From Magnetococcus sp. DMHC-6 (GTDB lineage: Bacteria; Pseudomonadota; Magnetococcia; Magnetococcales; JADFZT01), in NCBI GenBank assembly GCA_039908535.1, contig JAMOAW010000002.1, positions 25,462 through 89,461 on the forward strand: a stretch of DNA of 64,000 nucleotides, given 5' to 3'. The position numbers were made by a program, and so were the translations under genes. The notes beneath the pieces were generated by a model. The model was not told the origin of the DNA, did no database searches, and was given only the letters and a program-made list of their open reading frames with translations. Positions 36,404 through 47,290 of the stretch are shown in pieces. Positions within the stretch are counted from its first letter, which is position 1. Every line of letters starts with the position of its first letter.

Positions 36404-38179
36404 ATGAAAAAATTGGAAAAATTGGAAAGAACTATCAGCGATAAAGAACTTTTAAAAAATTTATTTTCTTATCTGCTTCCCTATAAAAAATATATCGTTG
36501 TTGCCATTCTCTGCATGATTTTAATTTCCGGGTTAACCTCTTTGCAGGCCTATCTGATCAAACCTGTTTTGGATAAAATTTTTATTGAAAAAAATCAATT
36601 ATATTTCAATATATTACCCTGGATAATTTTCATTGTTTTTCTATTAAAAGGAATGACCTATTTTTTTTATCAATACTATTTAGAACGGGTCGGACAGAGC
36701 GTGGTTAAAGATTTACGTTTGCAACTTTTTGTCCATTTGCACCGTCAATCCTTGGCTTTTTTTCATAATCATACCTCTGGAGAATTGATGTCACGTCTGA
36801 TGTCGGATGTGGCGATTGTTCAAAGCACGGTCTCTTCAGCGACTGTTGGCATGATCAAAGACACGCTGGAGATGGTTGGTTTAATTGGGCTTATTTTTTA
36901 TTTGAATTGGGAATTGGCTATATTTTGTTTTGGTTTTATTATGATTGCGTTTTTACCCGTTATTTTTTTTAGTCGTTTACATCGCCGTTTAAGCACCCGT
37001 ATTCAAGAAAATAACGCCGACTTGACCGCTATTGTCAATGAATCGATCAAGGGCAATCCCATAATCAAGGCCTTTGGTATGGAGCATTTTGAAGCAGAAC
37101 GGTTTGGTCATGCCCTCCTCAATTTATTTCATGTGACGGTTTACGATGTTAAGATGCGTAAAATTTCCCACTCCATTATGGAACTATTGGGAGGGATTGG
37201 CATTATTTCCATTATTGTTTTTGGCGGCCAACAAGTGATGGATGGCACCTCCTCCACCGGTACATTTTTTTCTTTTTTGACCGCCTTGGTCATGATTTAT
37301 GAACCCATTAAAGGCATTACCAAGGTCAACAGTTCTATCCAACATGGTCTAGCCGCTTTTAATCGTGTCACATGGTTGTTAAACCAACAGCCACAAATTC
37401 AAAACAAACCAGAGGCGATTTCTTTACCTCCTTTTAATAAAGAAATTTGTTTTTCCGATGTTTTTTTTAAATATGACCACTCCGATAAACAGGTGTTGCG
37501 TGGTGTCGATTTAAAGATAGCAAAAGGTCAAAAGGTCGCCATTGTTGGCCATAGCGGTAGCGGCAAAACCACGGTCGCCAATCTATTACCACGTTTTTTT
37601 GATGTCACGGGTGGTGGTATTACCATAGATGGCTTTGACATACGCGATGTGACGTTTGGTTCATTGCGTGAACAAATTTCAGTGGTCACGCAAGATACCA
37701 TCTTATTTAACGATACCATTCGCAACAATATCGCCTATGGCCTTCCAGAGTGTTCCGAAGAGAGGCTTCTCTTGGCGGCCCGCCAAGCCAATGCCATGGA
37801 ATTCATCGTAACTCTCCCTAAACAATTTGAAACCATCATCGGTGAGTCGGGGGTGCGGTTTTCAGGGGGACAACGGCAACGTTTGGCGGTGGCGCGAGCC
37901 TTTTTAAAAAATGCCCCTATTTTAATCCTCGACGAAGCCACCTCGGCCTTGGATACCGAATCGGAGCGATTGGTTCAAAATGCCATTGAACAACTCATGG
38001 AAGGACGCACCGTCCTCCTCATCGCTCATCGTCTCTCCACAGTCGAACGGGCCGACCTGATCGTTTTAATGAAAGATGGCCAGATTATCGAACAAGGAAC
38101 CCATGCGGAATTGCTCAATCAGCCAGAGAGTGAATATCGAAAATTTCATACGTTGCAAAGTCGTTTGATAGAGGAATAA
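36404..38179 (+). CDS. msbA: ABC exporter, MsbA-like (lipid A flippase type), fused TMD-NBD
   Basis: Six-TM N-terminus. Walker A GHSGSGKTT, signature FSGGQRQRLA, Walker B ILILDEATS. 591 aa. Confidence 0.8.
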   Translation: MKKLEKLERTISDKELLKNLFSYLLPYKKYIVVAILCMILISGLTSLQAYLIKPVLDKIFIEKNQLYFNILPWIIFIVFLLKGMTYFFYQYYLERVGQSVVKDLRLQLFVHLHRQSLAFFHNHTSGELMSRLMSDVAIVQSTVSSATVGMIKDTLEMVGLIGLIFYLNWELAIFCFGFIMIAFLPVIFFSRLHRRLSTRIQENNADLTAIVNESIKGNPIIKAFGMEHFEAERFGHALLNLFHVTVYDVKMRKISHSIMELLGGIGIISIIVFGGQQVMDGTSSTGTFFSFLTALVMIYEPIKGITKVNSSIQHGLAAFNRVTWLLNQQPQIQNKPEAISLPPFNKEICFSDVFFKYDHSDKQVLRGVDLKIAKGQKVAIVGHSGSGKTTVANLLPRFFDVTGGGITIDGFDIRDVTFGSLREQISVVTQDTILFNDTIRNNIAYGLPECSEERLLLAARQANAMEFIVTLPKQFETIIGESGVRFSGGQRQRLAVARAFLKNAPILILDEATSALDTESERLVQNAIEQLMEGRTVLLIAHRLSTVERADLIVLMKDGQIIEQGTHAELLNQPESEYRKFHTLQSRLIEE

Positions 38180-38229
38180 TAGACAGGCTTAAGATTTGGA
38201 TACATCGTAACAATACTGAAAGGTTAACA

Positions 38230-40248
38230 ATGATTATAAAAAAAATTATTTTTTTTTACTCCATTGCCAGCATCGGAATGATTCTCTTTTTTCCTGGAAT
38301 AGGAAGGACATCCACAACAGACAGCCTCATGGAAGAGCTTATGAGAACTCCATTGGAGAGTCTGATCGAGATGGAGATCACCTCTGCAGCTAAAAAGCCA
38401 CAAAAATTGATGAATGTGGCTAGTGCCATTTATATTATTACCGCTGATGACATCAAACGCTCTACGGCCACGGTATTGCCAGAGCTTTTGATGGGAGTGC
38501 CGGGGATGCATGTGGTTCAAATTAATGCTCATTCGTGGGCCATTTCGGCTCGTGGTTTTAATGGTCTCTTCTCCAGAGATCTTCTCATCTTAATGGATGG
38601 CCGAAGCCTCTATACCCCTTTGTTTTCCGGTGTCTATTGGGATACCCAAGATCTTCCCTTAGAGGATATTGAACGCATTGAAATCATTCGAGGACCAGGA
38701 GGGACGCTATGGGGAGCCAATGCGGTTAATGGGGTGATTAACATTTTAACTAAAAAGGCCAACGAGACCAAAGGCTCTTTGGTAACGGTGGTCGCTGGCA
38801 CACAAGAACGGGTTACAACCTATCGTTATGGCGATCAAACCGATTCTGGGACGGCTTGGCGGGTTTGGGGAAAGGGAATTGATCAAGACCCCTTTTCTCG
38901 TACCGATGGTTGGCAAGCCCATGATTCCTGGCAACGCGCTCAAGGTGGTTTTCGTCTGGATAAAACCTTTTCTTCGCAAGATGAATGGAGTTTGCAAGGA
39001 GATATCTATGATGGAAATTTAGATCAAAAATCAACAGTTACCTCTTTGCTTGCTCCCTATAATTCTACGCTTAAAGAAACCAATTCGGTTTGGGGTGCCA
39101 ACCTGCTTAGCCATTGGAAGCGGATATTATCCAGCCACTCCGATATGGATTTCTTGGTTTATTATGATCATACCTACCGCTCTTTGGACGAGACACGAGA
39201 TACCCTGGATTTAGGTTTTCAACATCGGTTTCCCTTGAGTGACCATCAGGAGATCACTTGGGGGATGGGATATCGCTTAAGTCATGGAGAGTATCCTTTC
39301 GATTCCACAACGAGCATGGATCCCGACTCCCGTACTGATAATCTATTAAGTACCTTTGTTCAAGATGAAATTCAACTCATTCCAAATCAAGTTAAATTAA
39401 TTCTCGGTACCAAAATTGAACATAACGATTATACCGGTTTGGAGCTCCAACCCAACGCAAGAGTTTTGTGGAGGATGGCGGAGGATCAAACGCTTTGGAC
39501 ATCAGTCTCCCGCGCCGTGCGTACTCCTTCATGGAGCAACCATAATTTTCGTATCAATGTGACAGCCTTTCCCATGGGCCCCCCTTTTAATGTAGGGGAA
39601 ATTTCCATATTTGGCAGTGAGGCTGTCCAATCAGAAGAGTTAATGGCCTATGAATTGGGCTATCGGAAACAATTTGGAAAAAATTTTTTTCTTGATACTA
39701 CAGCCTTTTATCATGTTTACGACGATCTCGTCAGTAATGAAAATGGGACTCCCTTTGTAGAAGCCGATGCCATATCAACCCATTTAGTGACTCCAATTTA
39801 TTGGGAAAATAAACTGCAAGCCCATACCTATGGCTTGGAACTGGATACCCAATGGCAGACGAGCGAATCTTTACGTCTTCAATTGGGGGCCTCCTTACAA
39901 AAAATTGACCTTGATTTAAAAGAGGGCAGCACCGACACCTCCTCTTTAGCCAGTGCTGGTGATGACCCCCAATTTCAGTTTCATCTGCATAGCTATTGGG
40001 ATATTATTGAACATGTTCAACTCGATACTATGCTCTATTATGTCCAACGGTTATCGAGTTTAAACATTCCGGCCTTTTGGCGTGCAGATATTCGACTGGG
40101 TTGGGAGGTACAAAAAAATTGTCGTCTGGATCTTATAGGGATCAACCTGTTGGACGATTCTACCCCGCAATTTATCGATGCCGCAGGTGCAACGGAAAAT
40201 TCAGAATTTCCCCGTTCATTCTTGGCTAAACTCACTTGGAGCTTTTGA
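38230..40248 (+). CDS. TonB-dependent outer-membrane receptor
   Basis: Signal peptide. Plug-domain blocks (VPGMHVVQ...RGFN, IERIEIIRGPGGTLWGANAVNGVINI). C-terminal beta-barrel ending ...AKLTWSF. Confidence 0.88.
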   Translation: MIIKKIIFFYSIASIGMILFFPGIGRTSTTDSLMEELMRTPLESLIEMEITSAAKKPQKLMNVASAIYIITADDIKRSTATVLPELLMGVPGMHVVQINAHSWAISARGFNGLFSRDLLILMDGRSLYTPLFSGVYWDTQDLPLEDIERIEIIRGPGGTLWGANAVNGVINILTKKANETKGSLVTVVAGTQERVTTYRYGDQTDSGTAWRVWGKGIDQDPFSRTDGWQAHDSWQRAQGGFRLDKTFSSQDEWSLQGDIYDGNLDQKSTVTSLLAPYNSTLKETNSVWGANLLSHWKRILSSHSDMDFLVYYDHTYRSLDETRDTLDLGFQHRFPLSDHQEITWGMGYRLSHGEYPFDSTTSMDPDSRTDNLLSTFVQDEIQLIPNQVKLILGTKIEHNDYTGLELQPNARVLWRMAEDQTLWTSVSRAVRTPSWSNHNFRINVTAFPMGPPFNVGEISIFGSEAVQSEELMAYELGYRKQFGKNFFLDTTAFYHVYDDLVSNENGTPFVEADAISTHLVTPIYWENKLQAHTYGLELDTQWQTSESLRLQLGASLQKIDLDLKEGSTDTSSLASAGDDPQFQFHLHSYWDIIEHVQLDTMLYYVQRLSSLNIPAFWRADIRLGWEVQKNCRLDLIGINLLDDSTPQFIDAAGATENSEFPRSFLAKLTWSF

Positions 40249-40785
40249 ATGTTTTTTACACGAAAAAAGCTTTTTTGGGGGCTATTATGGCTGTTCATGA
40301 CGAATTCACTCATCGCGTCGGAAAAACCAACGGCAGATCAACTAAAAACCGCTTTTTTATACCATTTTATCCATTTTATTAAATGGCCAGATCATGCCTT
40401 TAAAAACGACACCAAATTTTACCTCTGTGTGTTCGGAGAGACACATCTTTCCAGTTTAATCCAACAAATAGCTGGGAAGACCATTCAACAACGGATAATT
40501 ATTGTTCGAACCGACTTAAAAATTGACCAATTAGAGGATTGTCATATCTTGTTTTTTCCTCAAACTGAGACACAATCTATGCAAAAAATACTTGATTCGT
40601 TAGTGGGAAAACCCATTTTAACGGTTGGTCACGCCAGTGGGTTTGCCAGTTCTGGGGGAATGATCGGCTTTTTTGAAGAGAAGAGTAAAATTCATTTTGA
40701 AATTAATCTTGAACAGGCCAAACAATCTGATTTATTCATCAGTTCCAAATTATTACAAATTGGCAAATTAATTGGGGCTAAATAA
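40249..40785 (+). CDS. YfiR-like periplasmic protein (DUF4154)
   Basis: LKTAFLYHFIHFIKWP... and ..ILTVG...GGMIGF...FEINL..A pattern. The start abuts the receptor stop. Confidence 0.7.
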   Translation: MFFTRKKLFWGLLWLFMTNSLIASEKPTADQLKTAFLYHFIHFIKWPDHAFKNDTKFYLCVFGETHLSSLIQQIAGKTIQQRIIIVRTDLKIDQLEDCHILFFPQTETQSMQKILDSLVGKPILTVGHASGFASSGGMIGFFEEKSKIHFEINLEQAKQSDLFISSKLLQIGKLIGAK

Positions 40786-43700
40786 TGCGCAGTAGCGGAC
40801 ATTTTAATGATCTTTCCATTCGCCATAAATTAATTTGGATTTTAATGTTAACCAGTGGGATCACGTTATTAATGTCGGCGTTGGCCTTTTCCCTTAATCA
40901 ATGGTACAAAGAGCGTGGGGCAATTGTTGAGTCGGTAACCATTCAAGCCCGTCTTATTGCCGAAAACAGTCGTGCTGCCTTGGTTTTTCAGGATGTAGAA
41001 ACCGCTCAAGAGATATTGTCGGCCTTGAAAGCCTCCACTTTGGTGGTGTCCGGATCGTTATATAATGCCAAAGGAGAACTGTTTGCCAACTTTGTTCGAC
41101 AAGGCTATTCGGCTCCGCATTCGACCTTTCAAAATATAAATTATAAAGAGAATATTTTATTTGCATCTGATTATTTATTGGTTCGTGAACCGATTTTTAT
41201 CAACAAAGAGCAAGTCGGCAGCGTTGTGATCCATTTTGATCTATTTTCCTATTTTTCGGCTTTTTTAAAAACCGTATTGCTGGGTTTTGTTTTGATTTTG
41301 GCCGCCTCATTGCTGATTGCATTTATATTGTCTTTGCGTTTTCAAAATCTCATTTTTCTGCCCATCGAACGCCTACGGATTGCCACGCGCAGCGTTGGAG
41401 AGGGACGATTCGATATTAAAATACCCATCCATTCCAACGATGAAATCGGTCAATTGGCGCAAGCATTTAATGCCATGACCGATGGTTTGCGCTACATTGA
41501 AAATATTTTGGACTCCCTGGCAGATATTTTGTTGGTCTTATCCATACATGGTCACATCCAAAAAGTGAACCGCCCTGAGTTATTTGGGTATTCGGAAAAA
41601 GAACTCCTAGGGAGAAAAATACAAGATTTTTTACAATTTGCAGAAAATTCTGCCTTTGCCAACGATTGGTTAACGGTGTTGCTTTCTGAGGAGTTTATTG
41701 TCAACGAAGAGGCCCTGTTGATCATCCCCCATCGGCACATTCCGGTTTTAATTTCAGGATCGTTAATGCGAGATGTGGATCGCCAAGTGAGCGGCATGAT
41801 TTTATTGGTAAAAGATATCTCAGCCTACCGGGAGGCGCAGCACTCTTTGCAAGAAAAGGAGACCCAATTAATCGCCTCACAATTGGCCAACCAGACCAAA
41901 AGCGCGTTTTTAGCCAATATGAGCCATGAAATCCGCACCCCCATGAACGCTATTATCGGCTTGACCGATTTGGCCCTGCAATTGACGGATTCATCTCCAA
42001 AAATGCGTGATTATCTGGAAAAAATCACCTCTTCATCACGATCATTATTGCGTATTATCAATGATATTCTTGATTTTTCCAAAATTGAGGCGGGCAAATT
42101 AGAGCTTGAACTGATCGAATTCAGATTGGACCAACTTTTGGATAATTTGGTGGAAATGTTTCGGAAAAAAATTTTAGAAAAAAAAATAGAATTGATCATC
42201 CATCTCTCCGTTCAAACGCCACTGGTGCTTATTGGAGAGTCGTTGCGTTTGGAACAAATTTTAATGAACCTTCTGAGCAATGCCATTAAATTTACTCAGG
42301 TGGGTGAAATAGAAATTTCGGTCACTGTGGATACCAAAAAGGAGGATCAAGTCATGTTAGCCTTTGTTGTTCGTGATACGGGTATTGGCATGACCGGTGA
42401 ACAAATGGAACAATTATTTCAACCTTTTGTCCAAGCCGATGGTTCAACGACACGTAAATATGGCGGTACTGGCTTAGGTTTGACCATCAGTAAACGCTTG
42501 GTAGAGTTATTGAATGGTCGCATTTGGGTGAATAGCCAACCCAATCAGGGCAGTACATTTTATGTTACCCTCCCCTTTAAATGGGTTGCGCACCACCCTA
42601 AAGATTTTGCCTTTTTGCCGAATATAAAGAAAAGTCGTGTTTTGGTTGTCAATCGCCACCTCCTCTCTCGACAAGGGGTGATGGCTGCTTTGGAGAGTTT
42701 TGGTTTTGAGGTGATTGGGGTCTCCTCTGCTCAAGAGGCCTTGGAGGTGATTGAGCAATCACCGATTGGAGTGGTATTGCTGGATGAAAACCTAACTCTG
42801 CCTAAAATGAGCCAAAAAATTCCTATTATTCATCTAAAAACCGAATTGGTCCAAACTCTTGAGCTTGGAAGTGATCTAATTTTACCCAAACCGATCAACC
42901 GCGCAGAACTTTTAAAGTTAGTCTGTCACAGTTTGGGGATAAAGCTTAAAAAAGAAATAAAAAAAGGCCAAGAAGCTTTCAATACCGACCAAATAAAAGC
43001 CCAATTAGCCGGTACACATCTGCTTCTGGTAGAGGATAATGCCATCAACCGTCAAGTCGCTCGCGAAATATTGGAAGGGATTGGATTAAAAATATCCCAA
43101 GCGGAAAATGGTCAAGAAGCGGTGGAGATGGTCGCGGCACAAACCTTTAACGCCATTCTTATGGATATCCATATGCCCATCATGGATGGTTATACCGCCA
43201 CCCAAGAGATTCGCACCCGTCTGGGTCAAAAGGAGATTCCCATTATTGCTATGACTGCGAATGCCATGGTCGGAGATCGAGAAAAATCCTTGGCCTCTGG
43301 CATGAACGATCATATTACAAAACCTATTGTTAAAAAAGATCTTTATCACGTTCTATTGCAATGGATCTCTCAGCAACAAATGGATGGATCCCCCATCTCT
43401 TCTTTACCGACGGATTCCAACGCAAGTTTACCTACTTTTCCAGGTTTAGATCTCAATGCCGCTTCCGATCGTCTGGGGGGCAACCATGAATTGCTTTGGA
43501 CGCTATTGCAAGAATTTCAACGCAGCAATGCCGATGTTAGCCAACGGGTTCGAGAGGGATTAGAGAGCTTTATCCCCGAAGAGATCATAAAAGCCAAAAA
43601 TTTGGTCCATTCTATCAAAGGGATGGCGGGAAATCTTTCGGCCCAGGAGTTGTATCAAGCCGCGACCGTTTTAGACCGGGCTATTCGCGAAAAAAATCGT

Positions 43701-44024
43701 TCCCAGTGGCCAGAACTACTTGATCATTTTGAATTTTGTCTTCACCAAGTTTTTTCTTCCATTCTTTTATGGAAAAATCCAAGCCAAGAGCAACAGAGAT
43801 CAACCGAACCCCTCCCCTTCACAGAATTGATTCGTTTATTAAAAGAACTCAATCGTTTGATTCACGACAACGATTCTCAAGCCCTCAAGCAGATAAAATT
43901 ATTGCGTCCTTTTCTTACCAACACAAAATGGCAGCATCAGGGGATTCAGTTAGAAACGACTTTGGATCGGTTGGATTTTCAGGCGGCCAAAGAGCAAATT
44001 ACCTTTATTCTTCAGCAGATTTGA
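40785..44024 (+). CDS. Hybrid sensor histidine kinase/response regulator (sensor-HAMP-PAS-HisKA-HATPase-REC-REC-HPt)
   Basis: His[11 protein letters not shown], HATPase [10 protein letters not shown], receiver DIHMPIMDG...KP, HPt [10 protein letters not shown]. 1-nt overlap with the upstream gene. Confidence 0.9.
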   Translation: MRSSGHFNDLSIRHKLIWILMLTSGITLLMSALAFSLNQWYKERGAIVESVTIQARLIAENSRAALVFQDVETAQEILSALKASTLVVSGSLYNAKGELFANFVRQGYSAPHSTFQNINYKENILFASDYLLVREPIFINKEQVGSVVIHFDLFSYFSAFLKTVLLGFVLILAASLLIAFILSLRFQNLIFLPIERLRIATRSVGEGRFDIKIPIHSNDEIGQLAQAFNAMTDGLRYIENILDSLADILLVLSIHGHIQKVNRPELFGYSEKELLGRKIQDFLQFAENSAFANDWLTVLLSEEFIVNEEALLIIPHRHIPVLISGSLMRDVDRQVSGMILLVKDISAYREAQHSLQEKETQLIASQLANQTKSAFLANMSHEIRTPMNAIIGLTDLALQLTDSSPKMRDYLEKITSSSRSLLRIINDILDFSKIEAGKLELELIEFRLDQLLDNLVEMFRKKILEKKIELIIHLSVQTPLVLIGESLRLEQILMNLLSNAIKFTQVGEIEISVTVDTKKEDQVMLAFVVRDTGIGMTGEQMEQLFQPFVQADGSTTRKYGGTGLGLTISKRLVELLNGRIWVNSQPNQGSTFYVTLPFKWVAHHPKDFAFLPNIKKSRVLVVNRHLLSRQGVMAALESFGFEVIGVSSAQEALEVIEQSPIGVVLLDENLTLPKMSQKIPIIHLKTELVQTLELGSDLILPKPINRAELLKLVCHSLGIKLKKEIKKGQEAFNTDQIKAQLAGTHLLLVEDNAINRQVAREILEGIGLKISQAENGQEAVEMVAAQTFNAILMDIHMPIMDGYTATQEIRTRLGQKEIPIIAMTANAMVGDREKSLASGMNDHITKPIVKKDLYHVLLQWISQQQMDGSPISSLPTDSNASLPTFPGLDLNAASDRLGGNHELLWTLLQEFQRSNADVSQRVREGLESFIPEEIIKAKNLVHSIKGMAGNLSAQELYQAATVLDRAIREKNRSQWPELLDHFEFCLHQVFSSILLWKNPSQEQQRSTEPLPFTELIRLLKELNRLIHDNDSQALKQIKLLRPFLTNTKWQHQGIQLETTLDRLDFQAAKEQITFILQQI

Positions 44025-44037
44025 TTTTTTTATTAAA

Positions 44038-44754
44038 ATGTCCACTTCGATCTCCTTATTTTCTAATCCGCGCAGAGTCGATTTAATATTTTTTATTGCC
44101 TCTTTTTTTATTTTTTTAATGTTTGCTATAAACGCATGGGCATTTTTTATTTTTATTATTTTATTATCTTATTATTCAGTTGCAGAGATTCTTAAGGATC
44201 GTCGATTGAGTGAGAAAAATTTTTTGGGTAAAATTGATCCAGAAATAAACAAACGAGATCAAATAATTATATTATATACAATGATCACTATCGCCTGTTT
44301 TGCCTATATATTGGCCTGTCAGTTTTTCAATATTTTTTTGTTTGCTTTGTTTGTTATTACTTTAAGTATAATATTTAAAGATAATTTAGCAAACAAAACA
44401 GCACAAAGAAATTTTTTTTATAAAACCTCTTTTATCGTCGGATTTTGTTATTCTTTTCTATCTATTTTAATAGATAGAAAAGATATTTTTGATTCCTTCT
44501 TAAATATTTTAGTAGAGATATTTGATCTGCAAAAAAACGTATGTGGTCTTGCAAAAGTGTTTGCAGCTTTTAACGAGCTTTCGACCTCCATTATTGATTT
44601 ATTGCCATTTCCATTTGATATTTTATTGGTTCCGTTAAATTTAAATTTATTATACGGCCCTCTTGTTGCGGTTGGTGTGCTTGGGGTGATCAAGTCAAGG
44701 GAGGCCGTGTTATGTTCTCTCTTGGGCCGAAACCCGCACGACCACCTTGTCTAA
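44038..44754 (+). CDS. Hypothetical polytopic membrane protein in a strongly AT-rich segment
   Basis: 238-aa ORF, hydrophobic and Ile/Phe/Leu-rich. No motif recognised. Its 3' end overlaps the convergent CDF gene by 45 nt. Confidence 0.4.
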   Translation: MSTSISLFSNPRRVDLIFFIASFFIFLMFAINAWAFFIFIILLSYYSVAEILKDRRLSEKNFLGKIDPEINKRDQIIILYTMITIACFAYILACQFFNIFLFALFVITLSIIFKDNLANKTAQRNFFYKTSFIVGFCYSFLSILIDRKDIFDSFLNILVEIFDLQKNVCGLAKVFAAFNELSTSIIDLLPFPFDILLVPLNLNLLYGPLVAVGVLGVIKSREAVLCSLLGRNPHDHLV

Positions 44755-46053
44755 CAAACGGAGATGGTCGCGCAAGGAGCGCTCGACGTCTGCGGCGATG
44801 GCATCGGCCTGCCGTATAGAGAGATTTGGATCGACACCAATTTCCACATCGCTATAGACTTTATGCCCCACCCAACGCGCTCGCACCGACCGGACACCTC
44901 GCACCCCTTGCACATGAATAGGGGCGTGGGCTATCTCGTCCACGATTTCCGGTTCGATGCCATCAATCAAGCGAAACCAGACCGCGATGGCGGCATTTTT
45001 AACGATGAATAAAATGGCAATGGTGATACCTATTCCCACCAAGGGATCTAACAAGGGATAGCCCAGCCATGTTCCGGCGACCCCAATCAGGACCGATAGA
45101 CTGGTAAAGCCATCCACACGGGAGTGCTGACCATCGGCAATCAAGGCCGCTGAACCGATCTCTTTGCCAACGCGAATTCTAAACACTGCCACCGCTTCGT
45201 TGCCAATAAATCCAATTAAAGCCGCTGCCGCCACCCACCCCAAATGGGTCATGGGTTGGGGATGAATAAATTTAAGAAAGGCTTCATAGCCGGCCACGCA
45301 AGCGGAAAAAAAGATAACCAAAACAATAATCACCCCTGCCACATCCTCGGTTTTTCCATAACCATAAGTAAACCGTTTGGTTGGAGGCCGTCTGGCCAGG
45401 GCAAAGGCGATCCAAAGGGGAATGCTGGTGGCGGCATCGGCAAAGTTGTGGATGGTATCGGCCATGAGGGCCACAGAACTAGAAAAATAGACAATAATTA
45501 CCTGAAATAGAGCCGTAATTCCCAACCCTACCAAAGAGACTTTTAAGGCATAAATCCCTTTGGTACTGCTTTCCATCACCGAATCCACCTTGTCGGAGAT
45601 GTCGTGGGAGTGGGCAAAAGTATTTTTAAGCCATCCCATAATACCAGAGCCGTGGTCGTGGTCGTGATCATGATGGTGATGCCCACCATGTTCATGAGGA
45701 TGGTCGTGCCCCTCTTCGGTAAATTCGGTCGTTAAAATATGTTGTTCCTGCTCATCTTGGAGATAAAGACGCAATTTAAATTCATGGGGTTCTGGAATGT
45801 CGCTGGTGGATTCCAGGTATGCACTTTCCGTTCGAAACCGAAACAGTTGTGTTTGACCATCTGGGCGAATGGTTTCAATAGAGATGGCCTCGGCGGGCAT
45901 GGGTTCTATAGCGGTTTGATAAAGATCGGTGAAATAGAGGCGAAAACGGGGGGGAACGCCGGTTTCAAAAACGCTTAACTCCACACGGCCATGGGGATGG
46001 TCGAGGATGGGACCGCCATGACGGCCATAACGGGGGGAAGGGTTTGAATCCAT
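44710..46053 (-). CDS. Cation diffusion facilitator (CDF) metal efflux protein with N-terminal extension and His-rich tract
   Basis: HDHPHEHGGHHHHDHDHDHG tract, six-TM CDF core (..ADTIHNFADA.., ..ALIADGQHSRVD..) and a C-terminal cytoplasmic domain. Confidence 0.85.
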   Translation of the reverse strand: MDSNPSPRYGRHGGPILDHPHGRVELSVFETGVPPRFRLYFTDLYQTAIEPMPAEAISIETIRPDGQTQLFRFRTESAYLESTSDIPEPHEFKLRLYLQDEQEQHILTTEFTEEGHDHPHEHGGHHHHDHDHDHGSGIMGWLKNTFAHSHDISDKVDSVMESSTKGIYALKVSLVGLGITALFQVIIVYFSSSVALMADTIHNFADAATSIPLWIAFALARRPPTKRFTYGYGKTEDVAGVIIVLVIFFSACVAGYEAFLKFIHPQPMTHLGWVAAAALIGFIGNEAVAVFRIRVGKEIGSAALIADGQHSRVDGFTSLSVLIGVAGTWLGYPLLDPLVGIGITIAILFIVKNAAIAVWFRLIDGIEPEIVDEIAHAPIHVQGVRGVRSVRARWVGHKVYSDVEIGVDPNLSIRQADAIAADVERSLRDHLRLLDKVVVRVSAQERT

Positions 46054-46078
46054 TTCGTTAACTCCATAACACGCAACG

Positions 46079-46348
46079 TTATAAATATTTGGCCAAGGCG
46101 TTTAATTCGCGGATTAACGCCGCCACATCCGCATCAGAACGGGTCAACCCATCTTGGATGCAATGTTCAATGTGATCTTGGATAAAAAGTTTACGGGCGT
46201 TGGTCAAGGCGTTGATTACGGCGTGGAGTTGTTGTGCTGTATTGGCACAAGGTTGTCGTGACTCGATCATATCGATCACCCGCTTTAGATGCCCGGAGGC
46301 CCGTTTCAGACGTAAAACAATATCTTCATGGGTTTGATGTTCAGCCAT
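46079..46348 (-). CDS. CsoR/RcnR/FrmR-family metal-sensing repressor (DUF156)
   Basis: 89 aa. RLKRASGHLKRVIDMIE..C....QQLHAV..AL pattern. Lies immediately upstream of the CDF gene on the same strand. Confidence 0.85.
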   Translation of the reverse strand: MAEHQTHEDIVLRLKRASGHLKRVIDMIESRQPCANTAQQLHAVINALTNARKLFIQDHIEHCIQDGLTRSDADVAALIRELNALAKYL

Positions 46349-46526
46349 TTTTGTCTCCTTATCCTATCCTGGGGGAGAGGTTACCATATCTTTCATAAAA
46401 ATTAAATGGCTTTTTATACTCGCACATAAAAGTACACCATTTTTTATTTGATTCCTTTTGGAAAAAATTTAAGATAGAATTATTCAAAAAAGTATAATTC
46501 TTAAAATATGATAGGGAGTTTTCTCC

Positions 46527-47141
46527 ATGCCCAATACTTTGACAGCCGATGATGTTTGGAAAATGTTCCAAGAGACAAACCTGTTATTTAAAAAAAATTC
46601 TATAGAAATCAATTGCATGCAAAGAGAAATCAAAGAAATGCAAAAGGAATGGCAAATAGAAATTAAAGAAATACAACAAGATACCCGGCAAACCATCAAA
46701 GACCTCTCTCGTCAGGTTGGCGATTTGACGGGCAAGTGGGGCCGGTTTGTGGAAAACATGGTGGCCCCTAGTTGTAAAACTCTGTTTGCTAAAAGAGGGA
46801 TTCCCGTGCATGAGGTGCATCAACAGGTTAAGGCGTGGCGGGATGACAATCGCAGCATGGAGGTGGATATTTTGGTGGTGAATAGCGAATCGGTCGTTGT
46901 CGTAGAGGTTAAAAGCACCTTAAAACAAAAAGATGTAGAAGATTATATTGGGCGAATAAATCAATTTAAATATTTTTTTCCACGTTTTACCACCTATCAT
47001 GTTTTTGGCGCGGTAGCGGGAATGGTCGTCGAGGAACATGCCAACACCTATGCCCGCCAACAAGGATTGTTTGTCATTGTTCAAGCTGGGGAGAGCGTTG
47101 AGTTGGCCAATGCCGACAATTTCATTCCCCGTAGTTGGTAA
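46527..47141 (+). CDS. Hypothetical protein: N-terminal coiled-coil plus PD-(D/E)XK-like nuclease core
   Basis: ...MEVDILVVNSESVVVVEVKSTLKQKD... gives a D...E-x-K arrangement. 204 aa. Confidence 0.5.
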   Translation: MPNTLTADDVWKMFQETNLLFKKNSIEINCMQREIKEMQKEWQIEIKEIQQDTRQTIKDLSRQVGDLTGKWGRFVENMVAPSCKTLFAKRGIPVHEVHQQVKAWRDDNRSMEVDILVVNSESVVVVEVKSTLKQKDVEDYIGRINQFKYFFPRFTTYHVFGAVAGMVVEEHANTYARQQGLFVIVQAGESVELANADNFIPRSW

Positions 47142-47149
47142 TTATTTTA

Positions 47150-47287
47150 ATGTATCGGAAAAATAAAAATCAAGACCTTGGGGGGCGGAGAACCGCCCCC
47201 CCAATTCCCCCCACCCTTTTCTTTTGATTTTTAAAAAAAAGAGGGGGTCTGGCCTTTGATTTTTTCTGCCCGAAGGGCATCATGTTC
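47150..47287 (-). repeat. REP/MITE family 2 copy R7 (inverted orientation, lacks one hairpin module)
   Basis: ATGTATCGG...GGGGGGCGGAGAACCGCCCCCCC...GGGCATCATGTTC. Confidence 0.8.
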
Positions 47288-47290
47288 AAT

